64,000 bases of DNA. Source: a virus (Duplodnaviria; Heunggongvirae; Uroviricota; Caudoviricetes). The stretch spans positions 12,163 to 76,162 of IMG/VR virus record IMGVR_UViG_3300049595_003752, one strand, 5' to 3'. This document shows positions 17,836-27,511 of this stretch, in pieces; the first letter of the stretch is position 1; every line of letters begins with the position of its first letter. The notes under the pieces were generated by a model, which did no database searches, was not told the origin of the DNA, and worked only from the letters and a program-made list of their open reading frames with translations. The position numbers and the translations under genes are program-made.

Positions 17836-19191
17836 ATGATTAGAGATATTATAAAACAAACATTACTAAGTGAAGCGTTAAAACCCTCACAATTTAGAAA
17901 CTATGTTAAACATTTTGATAGAGAAAAATATACCAAAATGTTTAAATCCCTAGGTGATAATTTTGAACACGATAGAAACTATTACCGAATTTATATCCCT
18001 TTGGGATCCCAAGAAAAAAAAGAATTTATTTCTGATACACAAAAGGAAATAATCAATTTTCTAAATCAAAACGGATATGAAGTTTTAGATTATGTTAAGG
18101 GTATCACTAAATATGGTGACGCCAAAAATACAACCACGATTGGTAAGGTTTTAACAAGATTAAAAGATGATGATTTAATGAAAAAATTTGTTTCCGATGA
18201 ATCAAGAAAAGCTTTAACATCTGATGTTGAAAATTTAATGGTTGTTATTTCACGTCACCCTTATGATATAGTTGGTTCGGATACTGATAGAAATTGGACT
18301 AATTGCATGACTCTCGGACACCCAGAGTCACAAAGAACAAAAGAATTGGTTCAAAAATATAATGAACTTAAAAAAGTGGGTGGTGACAAAGAAAAACTAA
18401 AGGATTTAAAAGATAAAATTGAATCTAGAAAAGAAACTGGAGAAAATACAAAATACCTACTTAATGATATTAAAGAGGGTTCTTTAATATCTTATCTAAT
18501 TAAAAAAGACGATAAAAATATTAATAACCCTTTGGCTGTTTTAAATATTAAACCATATGTTAATGAAAAAAATAACGCTGATATTATTTTATTGTCAGAT
18601 AATAAAATGTATGGAAACGCTAGACCAGAATTTAAAAAAACCGTGGATAATGTTTTAGAGGTTTTAAATGGGGATAAACACGGTAGTTATTGCATAAATA
18701 AATATATATATAAAGATGATGGTGATAGGGAGGTGATTTACTATTCTACCGAAGATTTATATAATCAGTTTAAAGAAATTATTAACTCTATTACAAATGT
18801 GGAAAAGACTAATTGTTATAGTAAAGATGATTTATACAAATATAAATCGAACTATGATTCAGAATTTTATCAATCAAAATTAGAAGAAAAATGTTTTTTA
18901 CTTAAAAATAATAAAAACCAAAAAATAGCTATTCTAAGAGTAAATTTTCTTCCCAACATTTATGGTGCTGAAGAAAAAGAAAATGAGATTACTTGGTATA
19001 AATACCCCAAGGGTTTGGTTAAAAGTGATTTTGGTGGTCTACGAACTAATTACGTCTATGAAAAAGTATATTCTATGTTGAATAACGGAAATTTATCTGA
19101 CTTAATTAACCCTAAAATTAAAAGTGTAATTGATTCTAATGGGGGTAAAAATTTAGATATAACATTTAATCAGTTTCGGTACGATAGATAA
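17836..19191 (+). CDS. Hypothetical protein; possibly a distant family A member
   Basis: N-terminus MIRDIIKQTLLSE; MVVISRHPYDIVGSDTDRNWTNCMT weakly resembles the family A Cys motif. Confidence 0.55.
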   Translation: MIRDIIKQTLLSEALKPSQFRNYVKHFDREKYTKMFKSLGDNFEHDRNYYRIYIPLGSQEKKEFISDTQKEIINFLNQNGYEVLDYVKGITKYGDAKNTTTIGKVLTRLKDDDLMKKFVSDESRKALTSDVENLMVVISRHPYDIVGSDTDRNWTNCMTLGHPESQRTKELVQKYNELKKVGGDKEKLKDLKDKIESRKETGENTKYLLNDIKEGSLISYLIKKDDKNINNPLAVLNIKPYVNEKNNADIILLSDNKMYGNARPEFKKTVDNVLEVLNGDKHGSYCINKYIYKDDGDREVIYYSTEDLYNQFKEIINSITNVEKTNCYSKDDLYKYKSNYDSEFYQSKLEEKCFLLKNNKNQKIAILRVNFLPNIYGAEEKENEITWYKYPKGLVKSDFGGLRTNYVYEKVYSMLNNGNLSDLINPKIKSVIDSNGGKNLDITFNQFRYDR

Positions 19192-19494
19192 ATTATAAAA
19201 AATTTTGTTTATGATTATTACTTTGATTACTACCGAGGTAATATTTCATACATCCACATGAGAGTTGTATTTGGTTATGAAATTTTGGTAGACAATGTAT
19301 GTGACCCAAACTTGGATTATTTGGAGTTTAAACCTGAACTTAAGGAACTTTTAGAAAAATAATAACATGACAAAACGTGAATGGGATTTATTACTAGAAT
19401 ATGAGATTTGGCCCGACCAGATAATATGTTCAATTGGGAAATTAACTTTGTTTAAAGAAAAGTTTACCAAAAAATTAAAATTAAAAATATTAAA

Positions 19495-19718
19495 ATGAAA
19501 AAGTATTAACAATATTATTATTAACAATTGGTTTGAGTTGTTATTCACAATGCGACTCATTGGATAACAAAATTATGATTGATTTTTTATCAGAAAAATT
19601 ACATGAATCTGATGTCCAAAATGAAAAGTTAAAGTATCAACTACAAATTACACGAGCAGAAACAATGAAACAAAGAACACTAAAGTGGATTGCTATTATA
19701 GGTGGTACTTACATATAG
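19495..19718 (+). pseudogene. Lipoprotein gene interrupted by a frameshift at an A5 homopolymer
   Basis: ATG AAA AAG TAT TAA stops after 4 codons; the +1 frame continues VLTILLLTIGLSCYSQ...GGTYI, i.e. a signal peptide plus lipobox. Confidence 0.35.
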
Positions 19719-19858
19719 ACCCTCTTAACAAACAATCTTACATAAGTGGCTCTACTAAATGTTATAATTTAATAAGATTGGGAACTATGGTTGCTTTTGT
19801 TATTGGTGAAAGTGGTTTTAAATTTCTTTGATTAAATTATTTTTGTTATCTTTACATT

Positions 19859-20215
19859 ATGATAACAACAGTAATAATCTCCTCTTTAGTTTTAAATTTG
19901 GTATTAGGTTTAATGGTTAGTTCTTTATCTAAAGAAAAACCAAACAATAAAACAAAAACCATCTACAAGGATAGAATTGTTTACAGAGACAAGCCTGTAG
20001 AAAAAATAATTTACAAAGATAAAATTGTGGAGAAAATTGTTTACAAAGATAAACCTGTTGTCCACGAATTTGTTAAAAAAGAAGAACCAAAAGTTAGTAC
20101 ACAAAGAAAAGAACTTTTAGATGCTCTCGCTGACTTAAAATCTAAGAAAAAGAAATCTAAAAAAGATATGGAAAATATCTACACGATTGAGAAAATTTTA
20201 CCTAATATTAAATAA
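19859..20215 (+). CDS. Membrane-anchored protein with tandem decapeptide repeats (KIVYKDKPVE x3) and a Lys-rich tail
   Basis: N-terminal TM; 30-bp DNA tandem repeats at about 19960-20060. Confidence 0.45.
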   Translation: MITTVIISSLVLNLVLGLMVSSLSKEKPNNKTKTIYKDRIVYRDKPVEKIIYKDKIVEKIVYKDKPVVHEFVKKEEPKVSTQRKELLDALADLKSKKKKSKKDMENIYTIEKILPNIK

Positions 20216-20216
20216 T

Positions 20217-20390
20217 ATGAAAAAAATAACAGACGCTTTAATGAAGACAGCCCTTACAATGGGAATTAGTTTACTAGTAGGGATTATATGGTTTTGTATA
20301 ATCCGTTTTCTTGACCCAGAATGGGCATTAACAACAATATTTATGTTGTGTTCAGTATTTATATTTTCCCTTTATTACAAAAAAAGTTAG
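20217..20390 (+). CDS. Small two-TM membrane protein
   Basis: MKKITDALMKTALTMGISLLVGIIWFCII...FMLCSVFIFSLYY. Confidence 0.4.
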   Translation: MKKITDALMKTALTMGISLLVGIIWFCIIRFLDPEWALTTIFMLCSVFIFSLYYKKS

Positions 20391-20392
20391 AC

Positions 20393-20494
20393 ATGGATAA
20401 AAAATTATATAATTTAGCTGTAGGAATGTTTGTGGTGGTATTAACACTATATATTGTTGCCGGTTTAATAAAATTATATGTTATGTTCAAATAA
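20393..20494 (+). CDS. Tiny single-TM peptide (33 aa)
   Basis: MDKKLYNLAVGMFVVVLTLYIVAGLIKLYVMFK. Confidence 0.25.
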   Translation: MDKKLYNLAVGMFVVVLTLYIVAGLIKLYVMFK

Positions 20495-20511
20495 TATAAC
20501 AGAAAAAAGAT

Positions 20512-20697
20512 ATGGATAGAGAAGAAATGATTAGTTTTATAATCGAAGGTGAACTTAAAATGATGGATGCTTTTAAAAAAGGACATAAACCTCATACAGA
20601 AGACAAATTCCAACCTCTAAGAGAATTAATAGAAAAATATAGGGAAGAATTAGGTTATAAAACTAACTACTGTCACTATAGAAACGTGACTCATTAA
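20512..20697 (+). CDS. Small hypothetical protein
   Basis: 61 aa ORF. Confidence 0.35.
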   Translation: MDREEMISFIIEGELKMMDAFKKGHKPHTEDKFQPLRELIEKYREELGYKTNYCHYRNVTH

Positions 20698-20721
20698 CAA
20701 AGTAGTGAATATTTATCTAAT

Positions 20722-21768
20722 ATGAAAAATCTCATCAAAAAAATTATATTAGAAAGTTTACTGTTTGAAGATATAAAACATGTTAAACAACTATTCACTA
20801 ATTGGGCTAACAAAAAATCTGGAAACCCAGAACTAGCATTGTCCTTGATGGACGATTTTTTAAAACACCAAAAAAAGTTAAAACGTGACTTTACATCTTT
20901 TTCTTCTGCAGAAGAGATGAAACAAGCATTGGACAAAGTACGTCAATCAGAGGTAGAAAAACAAAAATTATCTGACGCTGTTAAAATTTTTGAAAACAAC
21001 GAAGTTCTTGTTGTGGCAGCAAATACCCATGAAGCTTCTTGTCGTTATGCAGCAGGTACAAAATGGTGTACAGGAGCGGCTGATACGGATGAATATTGGA
21101 AAAGACATAATAGAACGGGAACCGAGTTTATTTGGATTTTTAAAACTTTAACACGGGATGACCCAAACTATAAATTTTCTTTCCATATAAAATGGAATAG
21201 ATTACCTGATTGGTGTAATGCAGTAAATAGGTGCTCAACAAAAACACCTTTAATTTTAACTGCACAATCTAGTGCACAATTTCCACAATATTTTGATTAT
21301 AAAGAGGTATTAAAAAAATGTTTTGAGTATCATGAAGAAAGACGTAAAAATTTAGGTATAGGATCTAAAAAGCCTAGTGGTGGGTTGTTAGAAAAGTTTA
21401 TAGAACGTGTTAGGCGAATTATAGTAGAAGAAATAAATTGGCAATTTGATGACGCAGTTAATAATTCTTTTGAAGACTATTATGCTGGTGAAGAATATGA
21501 AGAAGAATATATGGATTTCGTTTATGGTAAAAAAGAAGAAATTATAGAAGCTACCAAAAATCTTATTGAGGATGATATTTCTACCATAACAGAAGAAGAT
21601 TTGACAAATGATTATGAAGACTTTTTATTAGATAACCCAAACTTTACAGAAGAAGATTTTATTACATATAAGGTCGAAGATTATTTAACTTATTCATTAA
21701 CTGAAATCTTGATAGAAGAAATCGGTTTAGTTGCGGACGAATTTTTAAGGGAAAAAGATTTAAATTAA
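20722..21768 (+). CDS. Divergent paralog family A protein
   Basis: N-terminus MKNLIKKIILES; NNEVLVVAANTHEASCRYAAGTKWCTGA. Confidence 0.6.
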   Translation: MKNLIKKIILESLLFEDIKHVKQLFTNWANKKSGNPELALSLMDDFLKHQKKLKRDFTSFSSAEEMKQALDKVRQSEVEKQKLSDAVKIFENNEVLVVAANTHEASCRYAAGTKWCTGAADTDEYWKRHNRTGTEFIWIFKTLTRDDPNYKFSFHIKWNRLPDWCNAVNRCSTKTPLILTAQSSAQFPQYFDYKEVLKKCFEYHEERRKNLGIGSKKPSGGLLEKFIERVRRIIVEEINWQFDDAVNNSFEDYYAGEEYEEEYMDFVYGKKEEIIEATKNLIEDDISTITEEDLTNDYEDFLLDNPNFTEEDFITYKVEDYLTYSLTEILIEEIGLVADEFLREKDLN

Positions 21769-22181
21769 TGAGAAACCTAATTAGACAAATATTAAGAGAG
21801 ACTTACTCACCAGCGGGAGAAGAACACATCCCAAGTAAATTTATTTATCATAAATCCCCACCAAATGTTAGGAATAACATTCTTAAATCAGGTTTATTAG
21901 TTTCAGTTGGTGGTTGTTATAAAACTTATTCTGAGAACTTTACTGAAGAAGAGTGTGTTCCAGCTATTTTCGCAACTGATTCTGAATATAAAGATGATTG
22001 GTTTGATTCCACTTGGGATGATGATGTTTGGAAAATAAATACAAAAATAGCGGATGTTAAATGGTTTAAAGATAAGCATTTTGATGGCAGAGGTTATAAA
22101 AATAACCATATTGTTACATTTGAGGATATTAAACCCGAATCATTAAAATTAATCTATAAAGGAACTGGAAAAGATAATTAG
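21768..22181 (+). CDS. Hypothetical protein with MRNLIRQILRE N-terminus
   Basis: 137 aa; conserved decapeptide. Confidence 0.5.
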   Translation: MRNLIRQILRETYSPAGEEHIPSKFIYHKSPPNVRNNILKSGLLVSVGGCYKTYSENFTEEECVPAIFATDSEYKDDWFDSTWDDDVWKINTKIADVKWFKDKHFDGRGYKNNHIVTFEDIKPESLKLIYKGTGKDN

Positions 22182-22185
22182 TAAT

Positions 22186-22461
22186 ATGAAAAATCTAATT
22201 AGACAAATATTAAGGGAAGAACAAGAAGTAAAAAAAGGTGACAAACTTATGTCCACCAAAACCATTAAGAATAGTCGGACTGCAGGCAACGTTTATACCG
22301 TTGTAGGTGTACAAAATAACCCACATGGTGAAGATGAAATTGTATTTGTTAACGACAGAGGTCTATTATTACATTTTCCAATTAGTGAATATAAAGATTA
22401 TTTTGTCCCATTTGACTATGATAGTACATCAAATATTTTTAACCAATTAGACCCTGAATAA
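22186..22461 (+). CDS. Hypothetical protein with MKNLIRQILRE N-terminus and IFNQLDPE C-terminus
   Basis: Carries both the N-terminal and the C-terminal junction motifs. Confidence 0.5.
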   Translation: MKNLIRQILREEQEVKKGDKLMSTKTIKNSRTAGNVYTVVGVQNNPHGEDEIVFVNDRGLLLHFPISEYKDYFVPFDYDSTSNIFNQLDPE

Positions 22462-22476
22462 CATCAGGGTTTTTTA
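22451..22476 (+). terminator. Intrinsic terminator, copy 1 of a duplicated cassette
   Basis: ACCCTGA-ataaca-TCAGGGT followed by TTTTT; near-identical to 30565..30591. Confidence 0.65.
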
Positions 22477-22495
22477 TTTCAGGACGAAATCCGGA

Positions 22496-22531
22496 TATAT
22501 TTGTCTTCTTCCACAGAATTTACTATATTTG
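22496..22531 (+). promoter_or_regulatory. Tandem -7 boxes (TATATTTG x2) inside the repeated CCGGATATATTTGTCTTCTTCCACAGAA cassette
   Basis: Boxes at 22496 and 22524; the same cassette recurs at 25283..25313. Confidence 0.4.
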
Positions 22532-22538
22532 TAGTAAT

Positions 22539-22823
22539 ATGATAGGCAAAGTAAAAACAAAATGGTGCAAGATAAACTTTGTACTTAGACACAGATGGGA
22601 AAAGGGTGGTTTTGCTAATTATGAAGCACATCGAATGAAATCAAACTTTAAACTTGGAATATGGTTAAAAACATATCAAGCAGTAGGCAAAGCAAAAGGA
22701 CCAATCAAAGTAGTATTCGGTAAAGATAATCTTGTACGTGGATATATGATTGGGGTAGATTTAATAGTGTGTAAAGCTTGGATGGACATAAGTGGACCGA
22801 CACTAGAAATACCAATAGATTAA
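22539..22823 (+). CDS. Hypothetical protein, paralog of 15776..15976
   Basis: 94 aa ORF. Confidence 0.45.
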   Translation: MIGKVKTKWCKINFVLRHRWEKGGFANYEAHRMKSNFKLGIWLKTYQAVGKAKGPIKVVFGKDNLVRGYMIGVDLIVCKAWMDISGPTLEIPID

Positions 22824-22830
22824 CAATTAT

Positions 22831-23112
22831 ATGAAAAAAATTACAGACGATAATAAGATGGAAAACAAAACTCACAAATATGATTTAGCCATATACAATG
22901 GCAGAATCAAAGTATACATAGATGGTTATGTTGCTTTTACATTTAATCAAATAGACTTTAAAGGCTACTATGCTTACAAAGATGATACAGACTTATATGG
23001 TTTGGACATATACTTGATGAATGAAAAAGGTGGTGCTACTACTATGGAAGTTTACTTTAAAACAAAAGAAAACTGGCTTAATGTACTCAAGTTACTAGAT
23101 GAAAAACTTTAA
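22831..23112 (+). CDS. Hypothetical protein
   Basis: 93 aa ORF. Confidence 0.45.
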   Translation: MKKITDDNKMENKTHKYDLAIYNGRIKVYIDGYVAFTFNQIDFKGYYAYKDDTDLYGLDIYLMNEKGGATTMEVYFKTKENWLNVLKLLDEKL

Positions 23113-23124
23113 TATAAGACTAAT

Positions 23125-23304
23125 ATGTTTTACTATTTAAAATACTTTTTAAAATTAATGTTAGGACTAATGATTATTTTAGCATTAGATGTAATACTTA
23201 AAAAAGCAGACCCAAACGTAGGATGGTGGTGGTTTTACATGACACTAATATTTTACAATGGTTATTGTTACTTAGAATATAGATTAACAGATAAAGATGA
23301 ATAA
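23125..23304 (+). CDS. Small membrane protein (59 aa)
   Basis: MFYYLKYFLKLMLGLMIILALDVIL...WWWFYMTLIFYNGY. Confidence 0.3.
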   Translation: MFYYLKYFLKLMLGLMIILALDVILKKADPNVGWWWFYMTLIFYNGYCYLEYRLTDKDE

Positions 23305-23305
23305 T

Positions 23306-23638
23306 ATGAAAAAACTACTAATTACAATTTCGGTTATAGGACTATTAAGTTCTTGCGGAACCGACAAACAATTATTAACTGAAAAAGAAATGACAGACTT
23401 TACGGTAAAAGGTGATACCATCTTATATAAAGAAACTCCTGTCGCAATTTACACTCACTGGGAATATGAAATAAATCCATCCCATGGCAAAAACCCAAAA
23501 CCAATTATTGAATTGTGCATAAAACAATTTGGGGTTCCGCCAATGACAGATGATATCTTAAAGTTTGTTCATACAAAACATCCAAAGGTAAAGGTACAAG
23601 TAAGTGCACCAAGAGAATTTAGAAATGCGACCCATTAA
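23306..23638 (+). CDS. Lipoprotein
   Basis: MKKLLITISVIGLLSSCG signal peptide plus lipobox; the start is 9 nt after the ORF-track ATG. Confidence 0.5.
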   Translation: MKKLLITISVIGLLSSCGTDKQLLTEKEMTDFTVKGDTILYKETPVAIYTHWEYEINPSHGKNPKPIIELCIKQFGVPPMTDDILKFVHTKHPKVKVQVSAPREFRNATH

Positions 23639-23643
23639 GAATT

Positions 23644-24144
23644 ATGGATGAAAATGATTTATGGTGTAACTATAGTGGAATGCCATCACCCATGTCATAT
23701 ATAAGATGCGATGAGTGTGATGAAATATTATATGAATGTAAATGTAAAGAAAAAAGAATGAATAAAGAACAACAAGAATTATTGGACGAAGTGTATGAGA
23801 ATTATCTGAACAATTTTATAGAACCAGTATGTCCACCTAATTTAGATGTACAACCAAGTTATTATGAACCAATGACTAAAGAATGGTTTGTTAAATCTGC
23901 CAAAGAAAAAGGTTTAAGAGGTGATGAGTTCTCTGAAAAGTGGGGTTTAAGGATTGAAGAACGAGATTTGAGTAAAGATGAGAGAATTGATTTATATTGC
24001 GAAGAATATACTAATGGGGTTAAAGGTAAATATGAACCGCCATTTGATGATTTTATTGACGCTAAATTAACAACAAGAGATATCCCAACCCGACTAATCA
24101 CAATAACATATAACAATAAAACAATAGAAAGTTATGAAAATTAA
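23644..24144 (+). CDS. Cys-rich hypothetical protein
   Basis: CDECDEILYECKCKE. Confidence 0.45.
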   Translation: MDENDLWCNYSGMPSPMSYIRCDECDEILYECKCKEKRMNKEQQELLDEVYENYLNNFIEPVCPPNLDVQPSYYEPMTKEWFVKSAKEKGLRGDEFSEKWGLRIEERDLSKDERIDLYCEEYTNGVKGKYEPPFDDFIDAKLTTRDIPTRLITITYNNKTIESYEN

Positions 24145-24352
24145 TAGACCAAAGGATGGTGACTATAGATATAAAACCAAGTTTTTATGGTTACCTAAAA
24201 GATTTGATGGTGGGTGGTATTGGTTAGAAACTGTAACTATTAGACAAATATATTTTTATCATGGTCATGGGCTAATCCCTGGATGGCATAATGTATGTTT
24301 GTCAAACCCAAAATCCGGTCTCCCAATAAGTATTGACCCCATTAAAAAATAG
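24134..24352 (+). CDS. Small hypothetical protein
   Basis: 72 aa ORF. Confidence 0.35.
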   Translation: MKINRPKDGDYRYKTKFLWLPKRFDGGWYWLETVTIRQIYFYHGHGLIPGWHNVCLSNPKSGLPISIDPIKK

Positions 24353-24610
24353 AAAGTTATGAATAAAGAAGAAGCAAAAGACGCACTAATTGAAGTGCTA
24401 ATGAATCAAGTAATAGACTTATCAATGATGTCTAAAATTGAATTAGGTGATGATGTAATCGCTGAAATTAAAAGATTAAAAGATATTATAAATGGATAGT
24501 CAAGTATATAATTGGATGAAAGAGTGGGTTGATAGAACCTTATAATTTTGATATTGAGTATATAAAAGTTATAAGAACCGATAATCACGAAATTATAGAA
24601 CGAGTAAAAT

Positions 24611-24922
24611 ATGAACAACATAGATAAAGATTTAAATTCTGTTTTAAAAAGAGGTGATGGATTTGCCTTGATTGTTTCTATGGTAGAATGTCCTGAATGT
24701 AACAAAGATATTTGGGTAGAAATGGGAAGTCATTGTGGCTTTGATGGTACTTTAGATTTTTCCGTTGATACTCATTGTTATGAATGCTGTGAACCTATTA
24801 AAGTTGTATTTGAGATTAGTAATACAAAAGATACTGGATTTATGACTATATCAGAATCTACAGACTTTACACTTAATAATTTTATAAAAAATTGTAAAAA
24901 CAAATATGAACAACCTAAATAA
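24611..24922 (+). CDS. Zinc-ribbon-like hypothetical protein
   Basis: CPECNK...CYECCEP. Confidence 0.4.
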   Translation: MNNIDKDLNSVLKRGDGFALIVSMVECPECNKDIWVEMGSHCGFDGTLDFSVDTHCYECCEPIKVVFEISNTKDTGFMTISESTDFTLNNFIKNCKNKYEQPK

Positions 24923-25030
24923 ACAAAACATAATCCAAATAGACTTAAGTGGTTGTAAAAATTGGGATGAGTGTCAGAAGGTAATTGAATTAATAACATC
25001 AGGTAAAGTTAAAATTACGATAGACAAAAA

Positions 25031-25273
25031 ATGAGTTACACAGCAAGACATATAGGCAATGGTAAGTTTGAAGCAATCTTACATGAAACAGGAGAGGTAA
25101 AAGAATGTGGCCCAAATTTAGTAGGCATGATAAGATATACTTACTTTGAAGATTTCACCTACCCACCAATTAACTGGGAAGTAAGCCAAAAACAATTGAT
25201 GGAAGATTACCATCCAAAGGTAATGAAAGATATTATGGAAGGCAAAATAAAACCAGGGAAACACGAATTCTAA
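25031..25273 (+). CDS. Small hypothetical protein
   Basis: 80 aa ORF. Confidence 0.4.
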   Translation: MSYTARHIGNGKFEAILHETGEVKECGPNLVGMIRYTYFEDFTYPPINWEVSQKQLMEDYHPKVMKDIMEGKIKPGKHEF

Positions 25274-25333
25274 ATCACAGACGGTTCCGGAATATATTTG
25301 TCTAATTCCACAGAAACGATTATTATTAAAAAC

Positions 25334-26002
25334 ATGACAAAGAATTATACCAAATACACAGAAGAAGAATGGCTTAATATTAGAAAAGATTATATAGATA
25401 ATAATCTAAATAGAAAAGATATACAAGAAAAATATAATGTCTCCAATAGAATGATGAATAAACATATGGGTGGCATAAAAACCATGAAAATCAAAGAAAA
25501 TGATACATATGGTAAATTAACTTTTTTGGAGGAGGTAGATTATAGAAACATTCATGGTGATAAAATTAGGAAGGCGAAATTTAAATGTGAATGTGGGAAT
25601 GAGGTTATATCAAATATTTCTCAAGTTAAAAGAGGTTCAACTAAATCTTGTGGGTGTCTTAAAAATAAAAGTACTGGTGAATCTAAAACAAATGGTTATA
25701 CAAAAACCTATACAACATGGAGTGCTATGAAACAAAGATGCTACAATAGAAATCATATTAATTATAAAAACTACGGTGGTAGAGGAATTACTGTATGTGA
25801 AAGATGGTTGGATAAAGAAAAGGGTTATATTAATTTTAAAGAAGATATGGGAGAAAGACCTGAGAATATGACCATAGATAGGATTGATGTAAATGGAAAT
25901 TATGAACCTGGTAATTGTAGATGGGCCACATGGGAAGAACAAAATAATAATCAACAAAAACACAAGAAGAAAAAATATAATGAAAGTAATACAAATATAT
26001 AA
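25334..26002 (+). CDS. HNH-family (HNH_3-like) putative homing endonuclease
   Basis: C-terminal NYGGRGITVCERW...DMGERPENMTIDRIDVNGNYEPGNCRWATWEEQNNN, a pattern I recall from phage proteins annotated as HNH endonucleases; preceded by the repeated promoter cassette. Confidence 0.45.
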   Translation: MTKNYTKYTEEEWLNIRKDYIDNNLNRKDIQEKYNVSNRMMNKHMGGIKTMKIKENDTYGKLTFLEEVDYRNIHGDKIRKAKFKCECGNEVISNISQVKRGSTKSCGCLKNKSTGESKTNGYTKTYTTWSAMKQRCYNRNHINYKNYGGRGITVCERWLDKEKGYINFKEDMGERPENMTIDRIDVNGNYEPGNCRWATWEEQNNNQQKHKKKKYNESNTNI

Positions 26003-26351
26003 ACCTTTACAAGATGATAAAACCAAATTGGAAGATTTGGAACTGGTAGAGTTTGTAACCAAAACAGAAGATGATTTTAAAAACCCTGGTACAATAACAA
26101 CAAAGGTAGAAAAGAAAGTTCCTTACTGGTGTGTTAAATCAGAAATGTTAAAACCAAATGAAACTTATCAAGAATGGTTAAAAAGAAAAAAAGAAGCTAT
26201 TGAATACGCAAAAGAACATTCAACCTCAATTAAAGATGTTGAAGGAATTTATTTCTATGATATGCAAGCAATAGGTCGCACTGTTACAAGCATGGATAAA
26301 TTTGGCATGATGGTTAGATACGATTATATCTATAGAAATAGTTTACAATGA
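25980..26351 (+). CDS. Hypothetical protein
   Basis: MKVIQIYKPLQDD...; overlaps the end of the HNH gene. Confidence 0.4.
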   Translation: MKVIQIYKPLQDDKTKLEDLELVEFVTKTEDDFKNPGTITTKVEKKVPYWCVKSEMLKPNETYQEWLKRKKEAIEYAKEHSTSIKDVEGIYFYDMQAIGRTVTSMDKFGMMVRYDYIYRNSLQ

Positions 26352-26468
26352 TAGATATAATCCGTTTAAACAAAGATAACAGAATGTTAAGAATAGGCTT
26401 TGGTAAACATGAAAAGAAATGGTTTGTTAGAGTAGATTTATGGTTTATAGGGATTAGAATTAAATAAA

Positions 26469-26786
26469 ATGAGAGAAGAATTAGAAAGGTTATTGGAACA
26501 ATATAGGTTTGAAATTAACGATGAAAGAACCATAAGTAACATTAAACATGTAATAGAAACTTTCTTGACAAGAAAAATAAATCTAATGGAAATATATGAT
26601 TTTAAAGTTGAGGATAGGACCATGTTTAATGATGAAAATAATTTATACTTTCAAATAATTTACCAACCAACAAGAATCCCTGATTTTAGAGTTATAGATA
26701 TTACGTTATGGAACCAAGAATTAAAGATAAGTGATTTTGAAAAGAATGTTATTGGTGACAGAAATATTAAAAAATTAAAGATATGA
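26469..26786 (+). CDS. Hypothetical protein
   Basis: 105 aa ORF. Confidence 0.4.
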   Translation: MREELERLLEQYRFEINDERTISNIKHVIETFLTRKINLMEIYDFKVEDRTMFNDENNLYFQIIYQPTRIPDFRVIDITLWNQELKISDFEKNVIGDRNIKKLKI

Positions 26787-26929
26787 AAAAATGAAAACTC
26801 AAATACGTTTAAACATTAACATGAAGGTTCTTGAATACAATGAACATTATTGTATCTTAGCATATGATAATGACAGAAAAATAAAACTATACAGTTTTGA
26901 ACCTGAGTATAAACTAATCAAAAGATTAT

Positions 26930-27175
26930 GTGATGATACGGAAAAATGAAGAACAATTTGATAGTGGTGGCATAATGCTTAAACATACCTTTCTATTAGG
27001 ATTTAATGATTTAAATATACCAACTGAGGATATCACGGAAGAAATGATTGGTTCTTATGTAAAAGAAAAATCACAAGATTTCGAATGGGACTTTAAATTC
27101 TTTCTAATGACACAATATCTAGGTTATATAGGAATAGATGATAACGGTAAATGGGTCAAAGAAGAAACAAAATAA
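26930..27175 (+). CDS. Small hypothetical protein
   Basis: 81 aa ORF. Confidence 0.35.
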   Translation: MMIRKNEEQFDSGGIMLKHTFLLGFNDLNIPTEDITEEMIGSYVKEKSQDFEWDFKFFLMTQYLGYIGIDDNGKWVKEETK

Positions 27176-27213
27176 ACAATAAAATTATTTTTAACAATTA
27201 AAAAAGAAAAATT

Positions 27214-27411
27214 ATGATTAAAGAGAATGTAAATGGATTCAATATGTTGGTTACATATGGTGATGAAAAAGATGTGAAAACGAAGGATAAATATTGTTCT
27301 CATTTATGGATACACAACAACATATTAAATAAAAATCACACATCATTAAAATATGATACTGGTAGATTTATGACGGAAAGTGAAATAATTTTTATAAAAA
27401 ATCAAAAATAA
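27214..27411 (+). CDS. Small hypothetical protein
   Basis: 65 aa ORF. Confidence 0.35.
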   Translation: MIKENVNGFNMLVTYGDEKDVKTKDKYCSHLWIHNNILNKNHTSLKYDTGRFMTESEIIFIKNQK

Positions 27412-27435
27412 TTTATTAAATTTATACTTTGTTAT

Positions 27436-27475
27436 AAAATCGTTTTAATGTTTTTTACACTTTGTTATACACAGT
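27436..27475 (+). repeat. 40-bp intergenic cassette, copy 1 (AAAATCGTTTTAATGTTTTTTACACTTTGTTATA..)
   Basis: 34/34 identity with 29621..29654; contains the AAAACGTTTT-like palindrome and GTTATA(A/C) motifs. Confidence 0.6.
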
Positions 27476-27511
27476 CAAAAATTATTTATAAACAAATTAA
27501 AATCACTTGAT

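Noticed and set aside
19351-19560. Minus-strand 69-aa ORF
   Set aside because: It is a hydrophobic, low-complexity translation of AT-rich intergenic DNA that overlaps the frameshifted lipoprotein start.
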